A DNA stretch of 64,000 nt from Zancudomyces culisetae HAW-14-8. Taxonomy: Eukaryota > Fungi > Kickxellomycota. Shown here piece by piece: positions 48,995 to 62,156 of this stretch; the stretch's first letter is position 1, and each line of letters begins with the position of its first letter. The translations under genes and the position numbers were made by a program. The stretch is from positions 1,006,475 through 1,070,474 of the forward strand of contig JBNJNM010000023.1 of NCBI GenBank assembly GCA_052426225.1, in the 5' to 3' direction. The notes below the pieces were generated by a model. That model searched no databases. It had not been told where the DNA came from and saw only the letters and a program-made list of their open reading frames with translations.

Positions 48995-49470
48995 TTATTT
49001 CGTAACGTAGCTTCTGTCGTGTGTATTCTGTTGGACAAAACCGAGCGGGTCACGTTCCTTGGTCGGGTTTCTCATGCTAAGGAACTGTAGTTGTGCATGC
49101 TCCTGAACAAAAGCAAATGGATCATGTGACTCGGTATGATCCAACTCCATAGAGGTGGCTCCGGAACGGTCGCTGTCCGGAGAGTAACGACCCTCATCCT
49201 TGAACTGTTGGATGATGGCTGCACGTAGTTGCTGCATGAGGCCTGACTTGAGATTTTTGTAATTTTAAATTTTTACCATTTACTATTTACTATTTAAACT
49301 TTTAGCTGAAGCACTATTTTATTATTTTATTGACTTTTAAATAATCTTGTACTAAAAATTCTTCTTGTTCATTGCCTTTATTACCACATGAACTATTGCG
49401 TTTTAAACTACTAAAAGAGCTAAAGAAACTCAACTTGAGTTATTTTAAAAATATATATAATATTTATTTA
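48995..49470 (-). repeat. Dispersed repeat copy 3 (80-aa ORF MQQLRAAIIQQFKDEGRYSPDSDRSGATSMELD)
   Basis: The core and about 200 nt of upstream sequence align with 32640-33070. Confidence 0.65.
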
Positions 49471-49751
49471 ATTAAAATAAATGCCTATTTCTTATACACT
49501 TAATTTGGTTAATCGCTAACTTATTTCTTCATCCATATTTGGTTGCATTTTTCATACTCGTATTTAGACTTTTATGATGATTGATACATAATAATATTAA
49601 TAAATTCTTTTTATGGTATTATTTCAATTATGATTTTTCTCTTAAAATTTTGATCATAATATTTCCGACATTTAGTTATCAGAAATTTAACTCATATTTT
49701 TGAATGTTAAAATAATATTACAAATATAATTTTTTATTAGTCAATTTTATA

Positions 49752-51480
49752 CAGGGTCTCAAACTGTTTCAATGTTTGATAAAGAATGTTCTATTGAAAT
49801 TTTAATACCAATATTATACATAGATTCTTAGTTTTTACATTTTAATTATATAATAGTAGCGCATTTACAACAATTTATTTATTTTGATTTGCTAAAAAAC
49901 CAGCGAGAAAATTAAATTATAAAAATTAAACATTGAAACGGTTGTAAGACTTTTAAAATTAATTTTAAATTCATATAAAACTTGGAACACATTTGTATTA
50001 AATTATATAAGTACAATCTTAAAATAATACATTATGCAAAAGTGTCATGATCCAATCATGACATTTTGGGGAAACCCAAAATTATTTCGTTTTTGGGGCA
50101 AAACAAAAACGAAATTAATTTTGGGAAAAAACCAAAATACAATTAAATTAGGGTAAAATCAAAATTAACCACATTTTGAGAAATGGAAATTATCCACATT
50201 TTGGGTAAATCAAAATTGGTTCACATTCTTTTTCAATTTCCCAACCCCCAACTCATTATTAAATTATATTTAATATCGAGTTTTGCTGTTTGTTCATGCC
50301 TAGTTATTTATTGTAGTTAAATTATATTTGAATATAAAGTGAGTTTTAAAACTATAAATACTTAGTGATTTTATTGTAAAGATCTTTAACAATAAAATAA
50401 CTACTTCTTTAACTATAGTTTTCGACAATAAATTAAATAATATTATCACTCAGTTGTCAAGTCCTGACAAAAAGTTATCTAGCCAGAAGTATGGCAAAAT
50501 CCAAAATGCTATATTTGAGGGCAAAATTTATAGCCAGAACTCAATATCATGTGGAGTCAGCAAGTCATCGATTTCAAGAATTAAAGCTAATATGAGGAAT
50601 AATATCACGGCTAACTCAGGATGTCGTCCAGCAAAGCTTTCACCGCTAAACAAGCGAATGTGTACTAGGATGATATTATCTAGTGTGTATCGATCTGCTA
50701 CTTATATAAAAGAAGTTAGAAATGGATAACATTGTTAGTGCTAGTAAGGCTACAATACATAGGGCTATCAATGAACTAATAGCTGTTGCAAAAAAATAAC
50801 CTCCAAACCGAAACTGAGCCTTAAAAATATTGCAAAAAGGTTGAGATTCGCAAAATCTCATCGCCACTGGACTACTGATGATTGGAGCCGAGTAATTTGG
50901 TCCGACGAAACTAAAATCAATTGATTTGGATCTGATGGAAATGAATGGACTTGGGTTCGTGATGGTGTGAGTCTACAGCCGCACAATATTAACCAGACCG
51001 TAAAACACGGTGGAGGATCATTAATGATTTGGGGATGCATCACAGCATTTGGAACTGGCTACGTGTGCCGAATAGTAGGAATGTTAAACAAGGAAGGTTA
51101 TTTAAACATTTTAAAAGACGAGCTTAGCAATACAATAAAGTACTACAAGTTGGATCCCAATTCAATAATATTTCAACAAGACAATGATCCTAAACATACC
51201 TCAAAGTTAGTTACCAGCTGGCTTATAAACCAGGAATATAATACATTGGACTGGCCGCCACAATCTCCAGACTTAAACCCAATCGAAACTATATGGGCAA
51301 TCATTAAAAGACGCCAAAATAGATACAGTAAACCTCCGTCCGGGATGATCGAATTATGGGAGCAAATAGAAACGGAATGGAATTTAATTTCAGTGGAAAC
51401 AACACATAGTCATTTATTTAGTATGTCCAAAATAGTTGAGGCAATTATCTAGTCTAAAAGAAGTTGGACAGAATTTTAAA
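49752..51480 (+). mobile_element. Degenerate Tc1/mariner (DD34E-type) DNA transposon interrupted by a solo LTR
   Basis: Putative left end TA|CAGGG at 49750. ATG at 50034 (MQK|LSSQK, split by the LTR). Motifs WSDETKI, KHGGGSLMIWGC, FQQDNDPKH and WPPQSPDLNPIE, with stops and frameshifts. Right TIR not found. Confidence 0.88.
50043..50469 (+). mobile_element. Solo LTR with 5-bp TSD AAAAG
   Basis: TGTCATGA...CCTGACA termini. AAAAG at 50038-50042 and 50470-50474. Internal TATAAA and AATAAA. Confidence 0.88.
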
Positions 51481-52560
51481 GTATTATATTGAAAAATTCC
51501 CAAGTTGTCTCATTTTTAAAAAATTTGCAATTTATAATTTTTAATGAATTTTTAACAAATAGAAATACATTTATATAAAATTATAATATAACTAATGTGC
51601 ATTATATATTATAAATAACATATAATATCTGGATATTATTGAGCGAGATATTACACTTTGAAATTTATTTTCAATATTTTAAGACATTTTTGAAACTCAC
51701 ATTATATATACAAAGTTATATATTGACTTAAAAGTCCTATGTTGTTGCAAAGTAATAATTATGTATCTATGGTTTAATAATAAGGTCTCCAGATTTCGTT
51801 TCTAGTTCAATTTATTGTTCCTCTTCAGTGTGTTATGAATTAATATGATTGATTTTATGATTTGAATAGTATATTTATATTGAATCAAGTTTACTAAAGT
51901 AGAATTAATGAATTAGTAATGTAAAATATTTTTTAATAAACTCAAATTAATATTGTAGATTGTAATTGTATTATCATAACGGTCACTTGTAAATTTAATT
52001 GAATTTGATATTTAAAAATGTGCATATTTTATATTATGTTCTTGCTTTTTGCTACTTTCTATCTATAATTAATGTTGTGGGTTGTATCTGATTATAATAG
52101 TTATATTCTTTATGTTTTAGAAATATGAATAACCATGTATTGTTCTTCGTTGGTAGTTACATATTTATCTATTCGAAGCTGCTTTAAGAAGTTAATATAA
52201 TATTTATCTAATAATAGGTGTAGAAAGCTATATCTATTAAACTATTATTAAAATAGTTGAAAATATATAAATTACATAGTCAGCAGTTTGATATCGAACT
52301 TTGATTTATGAAAAGTATATTAATAAATATTAATTCTAGTAACGATAATGATTATTTTCACTAATTAAGGTATTTGGTATAAATAGCATAATTATTCTTA
52401 GTTGGTATCTGAAAATATTATTACAAATATAGATTAAAATTGAGATAGTCAAACATAGTGTTAAGTATATTTGTGATTAGGTTGGTAATTTGTATTTCCA
52501 TTATTATTTTTCAGAGTTTGCAAGGTTGATTTAAAGTTCTGCTGATTCATGAAAAAATTA
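51480..52560 (-). mobile_element. Probable heavily decayed Penelope-like RT fragment (copy P3)
   Basis: Only weak motif relics (LFIP, VTVM, WRP), in the expected order and on the same strand as P1 and P2. Confidence 0.3.
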
Positions 52561-52591
52561 ACTTGAATACCGACTTACCGTGTTGGAGCAT

Positions 52592-53760
52592 CTATAGGGA
52601 TAGGATTGGGGCTGGGTTTGAATCAGCCCTATAATTATCCTTGATACATTCGGCTTGGGCTTTTTTTAGCCCTAATTTTAGTAGGTAATCACCAAGATTC
52701 GGTGATTTTTTACAAGCAATAAAAAAACATAAATTGTTACTTAGAGCAGTTTATGATGCGTTGAATTCATGTATAATTTTTTTAATATTTGGTAGTTTGA
52801 ATAATTGTTGTAGAATATTACTAATAGAACAATGAATTTAGAAAGTTTATTGGTCGTTTTTAGCAACAATTTTCTAACATCGATGTGTTTTTAATAAATA
52901 TTTCATTTACAAAATTTTTGATATATCATCGTGCTAGTAGTCGTTTTTTGAATAATTATCGAATATCAACAAAGTCATTATAATCTGTGAATTGTCTTAA
53001 TATCAGTTTAGTACACCAGATATAACTGCTTTATTAGTAGAAATGCTGCGTTTAGAAAAGAATGGTATTTATCCGTATTGATTTAGAGGTGTCATGATTT
53101 ATCATGCCATTTGTAATTAAATACACGTGTTGTATTTAATTACTAAATTGCTGAGCAATTTTGTCAAAAATCATTTTGGGAAATTTAATTTTGTTGATTG
53201 CGCAGTAGATTAGGTAATTTAGAAACGTGTTAAAATTACGACATTTTGCTGCGCAATTACACGTTTTACATTACTAATCAATTGATTATTAATCATTCTA
53301 GAATTCTAACATTCTAGAATTTTCTATATAGTTATAACAATGTTTTTCATAGTTTTTTAGTAGTTTAGGAAAAGTATATATAGCCATAGATTTTATTGAA
53401 AGAGAACTTCAGCAATAAAATATCTTCACAAGATATATACTACTTTAAATAACTAAATAATATAAAATAAAATAATACTTAGTTGTCAGGTCCTGACAAG
53501 AGGTTTTTGATACGTTTGGAAATATATTTTAATTTCAGTATTTAATAAACAGTTTTATCAAGGAAGTCTACAGTATTTGCAGAATTGATAGTGAGGGTCA
53601 ACTTTATTCCAGGGATGCTGTTGTTGGCGGTGTGTATAAGTTTGGATAAATTGTCCTTGTGAGTTATTGTTAGGAATGGCCAATTCCCGGTAATAAAATA
53701 GTTACAATTTGGCTTATGAAAAATTTAACCTATTAATTATTATATTTCCGACTTTCGATA
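52592..53760 (-). mobile_element. Penelope-like retroelement, RT C-terminal part (copy P2); no GIY-YIG domain seen
   Basis: Minus strand: NNSIPGIKLT..VDFLD..TYQKPLNQY..IPFFS..KAVISG..FKKRLLAR*Y..IACKKSPNLGDYL, ending at a stop in CCTATCCCTATAG. Split by the solo LTR at 53090. Confidence 0.72.
53090..53498 (+). mobile_element. Solo LTR with 5-bp TSD AGAGG
   Basis: TGTCATGA...AGTTGTCAGGTCCTGACA termini. AGAGG at 53085-53089 and 53499-53503. Confidence 0.88.
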
Positions 53761-53869
53761 ATGTCATCCGACATTGTAATCATGTTAGACTAATACACCA
53801 TCAAACATCAGAATTTATTTATAGAATTTTACAAAAACAATTCAAGGAATTTTACTATTATTAAATTTA

Positions 53870-54095
53870 TAATTAACCATGGTAAAACTGGATAGACATA
53901 ATCCATAGAGATTTGGATAACTAAAATCCATGATTAAATTTACAATAAACCATGGTAAAATTGGATAAACAAAATCCATGATAAATTGATAAATAAAATC
54001 TATGACATAATCGATAAACATAATCAATGTAAAATTTATATACTAAATCAATGATAAAATCGATAAACTAAATCCAACTTATTATCAATAAATAA
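53870..54095. repeat. Degenerate tandem repeat (GGATAAACAAAATCCATG-like units)
   Basis: About 7-8 imperfect units between the two Penelope-like copies. Confidence 0.55.
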
Positions 54096-54099
54096 AAAT

Positions 54100-55988
54100 C
54101 AGAAGTTTAACGATAAGTAGATACATTTTACTAGTTCAATTTTACATAGACAAATTTTATAGTATAATTAATTGTTTTTTAGTTTTATCATAGTAAAATT
54201 CTCTGATTTAAAGTTATGTTTTCCCTTCGAAATTCCGTATGGATATATCAGAGAATAATAATATTTAATAACACATCTAATTTATATTTTTCTAAATACT
54301 TGCTTCTCCCTAATAACTACATATTAAGAATAACAAACCCATAGTCGCAGTTATAAGCACTCGTTTTTTATAACAGTTATCAAGAATATATCGTTAATAT
54401 ATCTGTATTAATGAAGGAAATAATTTTTTATAATATCTATAGGTTGAAGGTATAGTATAGCCCATTTGGACAGCTCATTGAATCCATTTGCGATACCAAT
54501 TATTTATTTAAAACAGTTTCATTATACATAAAATAGTTGGAATCACAAATGGTATTTGTGGCATCAGTTAGTTATTGAAATTTATTCAATTTAAAAATAG
54601 TACTGACAATGTTTTGTTTCTAAATGATGAATTAAAGTATCAACATCGAGTGATCCTATGTTGTAGTTATTGTGAATAACTTTGTTTTCAAGTTGTTTGA
54701 TCAATTCTAGGTAATTTCTTAGATTACTGGGTTTTCTTACTCAATTACTTATTGCTATAGTTTTAGATAACTTCGTTGTTAGCTAATTGGTAGCAATTGT
54801 AATTAGTCGAAACTCAATTGGCGTTTTATGGATTATTAATTTTATGTAGAAATTCGGTAATTGGATATTATTGTCTTTATGTAGTAGATTTGTTTGCATT
54901 TTAAATATTATAATGTAGAGAAGTAGTTAATTAGATTATTATATGTATTATTAAATACCTGATCATTGATGTCATTTGAGATATCACGAATTTGTCATTA
55001 ATGTTAGTGTTTTTAATATTTTCAATACTTGTTTGTGATAATCTAGTGTATCCATGATTACTGGGCATATGTGAATATTGAATTTATTATGTTAATACTT
55101 CCGTCATGGTTGATATCATTGATAACTTTTGGTATAAAGATTTAGTTTTCTCTGTGAGTTTAGGAGTGGTTGTATAAAATAATTTTTACTCAAGCATTTC
55201 AATATAATTTCTTTATAATTTGTCATCAACGTTGTTTGAATAATATAACTTTTGGTAAAAAGAAGAGTGGTATTATAAAAAGAAAGGTCAATGTAATGTA
55301 CTTCATTGTTAAGTAATTGAGGTATGTGTTTAATTCTTTTTTTTAATATAAGCTGTTTACTATCAGATTTGGAAGTCATGTTGTGAACAAAAGTAAATAT
55401 GGCTGAATAATTTTTAGTTGACTTTGTTGTATTTTTGGTAAAGTTACTTAGTAATTGTTGATGGTAATGATATTTGAAGTAAAAACTGTGTTTTACTTTC
55501 TTTTTGAATATTATGTTGTGATTTCTTCTTTGGCGCCATGTAAACTTTTGTATAGATTTGTGTTGTTAATTACTCTTTATTTATTGTTAATTGAAGTTCT
55601 TTTGTTGGATTTGTAGTTTTTTTCTTTCCTTTATTGTTTTTTCTATTGTAGTATATTAGTGATATTTTGATTTTGTTGGTTGATGGTTTCGACGCAATTT
55701 GTTGCCATAATTTACATATCTATGTCCTTTTAAACTAGCTTGTGTATCTACGGTCATCGAGTTTTGTTCTAGTTCTAGTTTCTTTATAGTTTATTAGCTT
55801 CAGCAATTTTCTGATTTTTAGTTTTCTTGAGTTAAAATTAATTTTAAAAATTTGAAGTTAAATATTAACGATATTGAGGAGATCAGATTCAAATTTTGTA
55901 ATTGTATCAGCAAGTGAAGTATTAGAAGCAATGATTTTATATCTAAAGTGAATTTTGTATAAAGTATTTTACTTTTTTTGTTTATCAG
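54100..55988 (-). mobile_element. Decayed Penelope-like retroelement RT (copy P1); the upstream part probably continues at 61912-62156
   Basis: Minus-strand motifs in order: PVIMDTLDY, LPNFYIKLIIHKTPIEFR (about 54810-54860), SLDVDTL (about 54645), GIANG (about 54490) and YRYINDIFLI (about 54380-54407, a decayed YIDD). Confidence 0.72.
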
Positions 55989-58900
55989 TGTCATGAACTT
56001 TTTATTTTGGTGTAATTTGGTTAATAATAAGTACTACTTTAATATATATTTATTGTTGACGTTGTTGTCAGATAAGTTTTTTTGAAGGAATAATGTATGC
56101 TTTTTAAAATTTTTGTTTGTAATATATTAAATTTAATATTAAAAACTAAAATATTGCATAAATAGAAAGTAGTTAAATTAATATACTATTTAAAGTAAAG
56201 TGAGTTTTGTGCTAGTTATGATATTAAACATGTTTAAATCATATTTCTGATTCATCCAAATCATGTTTGATAATGTTTGTTGATTTAAATTAAAACAGTT
56301 TAATATTAGTTTATGATAGTATTCCCTCTCTTAGTGTCGATCTCTGAGCGACATATGTTTATTCATGTTTTCATTATGTTACTTTTCCACAAGTTCTTTT
56401 GTATTTGTTAGATGTTCGGCTGGTTCCCAAGTTCTTTCGCTTGCGTCGTACCCTTTCCAGTCCACTAGATATTGTAGTTTATTATATTTAATACGACTGT
56501 CTAATATTTGTTCGACTTTGTATTCTGATATTCAATCAACTAGTACCGGTAATGGAGCTTCCTGAATTTGGCCTTCAATAGTGTTGTTAGTTACTGGTTC
56601 TAGAAGGGAAACGTGAAAGACAGGATGTAATTTCATAGTCGTAGAAAGTTGAAGTTCGTATGTTACTTTGCTTATTTTTATAACTATTGTGAATGGACCT
56701 AATTTAGTATAATCTAGTTTGTTATTTGGGCTGTTAGTTTTAATTATTTTCTATTTAACCACACTTTTGATCCAATATTTAACTCGGGTTCTGTTTGTCT
56801 GTTTTTATCATATGCTTTAGCATATCTTTCATTTGCATTTTTAATATTTTTTATAAGTTCCTTGTAAATTTGTGACATTTACTGAGATAAATATGTGATT
56901 ATGGACGAGTTACTGGGTGAAGTCAAAATATTTGATCGAAATATTGAAGGATGATAATCGGTATTAGCGTAGAATGGTGAAAATTTTGTAGTTGAGTGTT
57001 TTCAGTAATTATATGCAAATTCTGCGAGTGCTAATAAATCATGCCAGTTTGTTTGGTTGTAGTTACAATAAATTCGGATATACTGTTCTAAAACTTGGTT
57101 TACTCGTTCCGTTTGACCATCCGTTTGTATATGGTATGCTGTTGACATATTTAATATTATATTTAATACTTTGGTAATAGTATCCAAAATTTTGAAGTGA
57201 AGATAGAACCTCTATCAGAGAATATATCTTTTGGCAGTCCGTGAAGTTTAAATATGTTATTGATAAATAGTTTTGCTGTTTGTTGTTCGTTGATGTTGTT
57301 ATTTGTTGGAATAAAATGCGCCATTTTTGTTAGTCTATCTACAATAACCAATACTGAATCGTAAGTTTGTGACAATGGTAACCCAACAATAAAATCCATA
57401 GAAATTGATTCCCACGGTTTATCTGGAATCTGTAAAGGTTGTAGTTGACCATATGGTTTGTGTCTTATCGGTTTACATCTGCAACATTGATCGCATGAGT
57501 TAATATAATTTTTAATCATTTTTTTCATTTTTGGCCAATAATAGTATCTGGAAATCAGTTCAAAGGTTTTAGAATGTCCGATGTGTCCAGAAATAGGCGA
57601 ATCGTGAAATTGGTTGAGTAGTAGTAGTTTGATTTCAATGTTATCTGGAATGTATGTTTTACCTTTAAAAGTAAGTATTTCATTGTCGTATTTATAATCC
57701 TTTAGGTTTGGATATTCAGAGTTAGATGAATTGTTAATATGTTTCAATTTAGAAATAATGGAAATAGATTTAATATCTTTTTCGTAGCTACTATTAAATA
57801 TAGTTTTATCAAAATTATTATAACCATTGGTTCTACTGCTGCAATTATCTATTGTTCTGGCTTTAGCAAAGTTTTATTAGTACGTAGAGCGTCATCCCGC
57901 TCCTTAGGCAAATGATCCGGGCGTCGGGACAAAGCATCGGGTATCCCGTTAGATGAACCAGTTGCGTATTTAATAATGAAATTATAATTTCCTAATAATT
58001 CTGCCCATCGTGCTTGAAGCCTTTTCTTAGTATTAGTGGTAGTCAAATATTCTAGATTTTTATGGTCAGTTAAAACCGTAATTTGATGTAATGCTCCTTC
58101 GAGTTATGATCTCCTTTCTTTAAAAGCCTCAATTATGGCTAACGTTTCGTTATCGTAAATTTCGTAGTTGATTTCAGCAGGTTGTAACTTTCTGGAATAA
58201 TATGCTAACGGGTGTAAATTGTTATTATCGTTGCGTTGTGATATAACTCCTTGAATTGCGAAGTCTGATGCATCAGTTTCGATAGTAATTGATTTATTCG
58301 GATCAAAATATTTTAAAATAAGTGCAGTTGTAAATGCTTTTTTTAATTGATCGAAAGAGTTTTGTGCTTGAGTGCTCCAGCTCCATTTTTTATTTTTTCG
58401 TAACAATTTTGTTATAGATGTCACAATCATTATAAAATTCATTATAAAATTTCTATAGAAATTTACAAAACCAAGGAACGTTTGAATTACTATTATTGAG
58501 GTTGGTGTAGGCCATGCACTACAGCTATTGTCTTTGTTATATCCATACTTACCCCTTTATCGGAAACAATATATCCCAAGAATTCGACTTCTGTTTTGTG
58601 AAATCGACATTTTTCCAGTTTAGCATAAAGTGAATTATTCTGGAGTCTTCTTAATATATCTTTTACATGCTTAATATGGTCTTCTAATGTTGTACTATAA
58701 ACCAGTATATCATAAAATATACTACTGCAAAACTATCTAAGCAGTCTGATAATACATCATTCATGAAATATTGAAACGATGCTGGAGCATTGCAGAGTCC
58801 GAATGGCATAACTCTATATTCTTAGTGACCGTATCTCATACGGAATGCATTATTCCATTCTTCTCCCTTAGCCTTTCTTATTAAATTATTAGCGCCTCTT

Positions 58901-61900
58901 TAATCGATTTTAGATAATATTTTCGCTTGTCTGAATCTGTCGAGTATCACTCCGATTAAATTTAAGAGATACCTGTTTTTATAGTCAAGTTATTTAATCC
59001 TCTATATCAACGCATTATCTTAAAGATCCAACTTTCTTTTTTACAAAAAGTATAGGAGAGCCAGCAGGAGATGATGAAATATGAATAAAACCTTTTCTAA
59101 ATTTTCTTTCAAATATTCACAAAGTGCTGCGAGTTCTGTATCAGATAGTGAATAAATTGGTCCAAATGGTGGTTGTGAGCCTGGTTTTAAAGAATTTTAT
59201 GATCATATGTACGATGAGGTGGTAAAAGATTAGTTGCTTTTTCGTCGAATACATCTTTAAATTCAGAATATTCCGATGGTATAGGAGTTATTTCTGATTT
59301 TCTGGAATTAATGTGCAAGTTATTGTGTGTGTAGAACATTGATTTTGTTGTTTAATACAATTATTTTGGCAATATTCTGATATGAAATAAAACTTATCTA
59401 AATACCCCTCTAAATCTATATTATGGGTTCTCAGCCAGTTTATTCAATAATTACAGGGTATTTTCCCAATTTGGTTACATCAAAAGATATAATTACGTAA
59501 TAATTATAGGTGTTAAGTTGAAGAGGTATTCTATTGTGTGTTATGGAGCCTGACGAAATTAATCTTCCGTAATTACTAGTAGCGGAATTGGTAATTTTTT
59601 TAATACTAATGGAATGATATTAGTATTGGCAAAAGTAAAATCAATGAAGCTATTAGTTGCACCCGAATCAATCATGGCAACGGTTTTTATCGGGTTATTG
59701 TTTACCCGAAGGGTTACTGATACTATAAGGTGCGCGTTAACTTTATTTGTTGACATATTTAAATGTTCCAGGTCAAGATTCTTATTGATTGTGGAATTGA
59801 TTTTTAAGTTGCAGTCAGGTATAGATCAGGCTTGAGTTCAGGCATAATTTCAGGTTATGAGTAAAGTACAGGTTTAGTTTTAATTATAAGTTCAGATTTG
59901 ATTTCAGGTTTAAGTTCAGGTTTGATTTCAGATTTGGTTTCATGTTTATTTTCAGAGTTATAGTTGGATTAGTAAATGTATCTTTTACATTAATTTCTGG
60001 TGTTAGTTTGGTTATTTCAGTAGTGTTTATATTATTGTTAAATTGTAAAGGTAGATTTAATTCAGCTTGATTTAAACTTCCGGATGTTTCATTAGCGGCA
60101 ATACTTAAAGGGTAAAAATTATGATTGAAGTGGACGGTTTAGGATAATAAGATACGCTCAAGACTACATCCGAAAATTGTCTTGAGCTTAATTGTTTTAC
60201 TTAATAATGCTTGCAGATATAGGATTTGGTACCTTTAGTAGCGGGCGACGAGGACAAGATGAAATGACATGATCAGGATTACCACAGTATAGACAAAGAT
60301 TAAGGTCGCGGCGGCGTTGTTTTTCAGTCTGAGTGAGTGGTGGGCGACGAGATAAAGTTCCGTCAATTTCCATTTGTTGCACCCGAGGCTGTGTTAAACT
60401 ATTAAATTGTTTCTTGATGGTGTAGAGTTAACCAAATTTTGAATATGCATTGGGCGAGAGCAAAACGTTTTTTCAAGGTTTTTTCAAATAGTCTGTTGTC
60501 AATTTTTATGGCGAGGTCAATAAATTCTGAAAAGTTGTCTGGTCTATCGAAACGGGCTAATAAATCCATAATGTCTTTTTTAAGTCATTCATAAAATTGG
60601 CTACAGAGTGCTGCGTCATTCCAGTACATAAGTGTCGAAATACGACAAAATTCAGTAGCATAGGTGGCTGCGGATCCCAACTGGCGAAGTTTTCAGAGTT
60701 GACGTTCAGCTGTCGAAGATTGGTGTGGATATCCTAAAACAGATAAAGTTCGTTTATGAAAATGTCAAAATTTTCCAGGGTTGGTTCATGATCATTAGAT
60801 TCTAGAATCGGTTGTAGCCACGAGAAAGCAGGACCACGAAGGAACGTAAAAGCAAAAATGGCTTTCTGAGTATCTGTCGAAAATCTTGAGGGTTGAGCTT
60901 GTATGACTAGTTGGAATTGTGCTATAAAGTTTCTTAGTTGGTCTCTATTGCCACTAAAGTATTCAGGATCTGCTACATTTGGTTCTCTAGCCACTGGTAA
61001 CTCGTTTGCTTGATTATTTCTTAACATATTTAAGCGGCACTGAAGATCGTCTAGTTGGGTTGCTGTCATGATCCATTCATGACATTATTGCTATAAATAA
61101 TATGTTATTAAAAATTGCCAATTTAATATTATTAACGTTTTCTCCGCTTTAATACTTAGTCCATAAATTATTAATTATGTAGTAAGAATAAATTTTAATA
61201 TTAATTTGGTTTTACCCCATAATATTAAATGTTAACTGTGGAGTTGACAGTTAATATTATTTAGTTTTAAAGTTATAGTTATAAGTATAGCATTTATTAA
61301 GTTTTACAATTAATTTTGTATATTGTTAAACTATATAAGGACAATGATTTTATTGCTTTAGGAAACTTTAGCAATAAAATACTTTATATCTCATATTATT
61401 TTATTAAATAAATCATATCATAGTTAATACAAATAGTACTTAGTGACGAGTTGTGACATGGAGCTAATTTTATGTAATTGATTATAATGTCTTACAATCA
61501 TTGATACTAGTGCATCAAGGTCTATGTAATTATTCACTGACATGATAGTAGAATTTAATATATATTGATCTGACAAACTGTCATGAGATTGTATATATTG
61601 GTGTAATTTGGTGATTATTAAGTAATACTATAAAATATATTTATTGTTGACAATTGATGTCAGATATGAATTTCTAAAATAATAAGTATGGTATTTAAAC
61701 TTTTTGTTTGTAATATATAAATTTAATATTAAAGACTAAAATGTTGCATAAATATAAAGAAGTATAAATTAATGAACTATTGAAAGTAAAATTGTGTTTT
61801 AAGCTAGTTTCAATATTAAACATGTTTAAAATCATATTTCTGATTCATCCAAATCATGTTTGTTAATGTTTGTTGATATAAATTGAAACTGTTTAATATA

Positions 61901-61911
61901 CGTTTATGACA
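55989..61911 (-). mobile_element. Full-length degenerate Ty3/Gypsy chromovirus with TSD ATCAG
   Basis: Diverged LTRs at 55989-56318 and 61579-61911. ATCAG at 55984-55988 and 61912-61916. PPT next to 56319. Gag with CLYCGNPDHVISSC, protease [17 protein letters not shown], RNase H ETDASD, HHCC integrase and chromodomain YLVDWKGY..TWEP. Many stops and frameshifts. Confidence 0.93.
61064..61458 (+). mobile_element. Solo LTR of the 50043/53090 type nested at the gag start; no TSD
   Basis: Starts TGTCATGATCCATTCATGACA, contains CTATATAAG and GCAATAAAA, and ends TGTGACA. The flanks GTTGC and TGGAG differ. Confidence 0.7.
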
Positions 61912-62156
61912 ATCAGTTGGATTTTTTCATTGGTGGCATTTTAAATTATAGTAAAACAGTGAGCTTCAATGATATTAGCTAGCTTTTGAGTTCCAGATGT
62001 GTTACTGTTTTTAACTGCTATGAATTTAAGCGTGTTAGAACTTATCTTATTATAATCAAGTTCAGATTCTTTGAGAAATTATCTCATTCAGGTTGATAAC
62101 TTTACAATCAAAGAAGCGATTATGTTAGTAGTTTTTATGAAGATTCGATTGATTTC

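Noticed and set aside
60734-61069. ORF start MTATQ as the true gag start
   Set aside because: The ATG lies inside the nested solo LTR, which begins at 61064, so it is an artefact of the insertion.
49752-61911. RIP-like hypermutation of the elements
   Set aside because: Some C>T/G>A stops exist, but there are also many indels and transversions, and the DIRS ITRs are nearly identical. This cannot be supported without a dinucleotide analysis.
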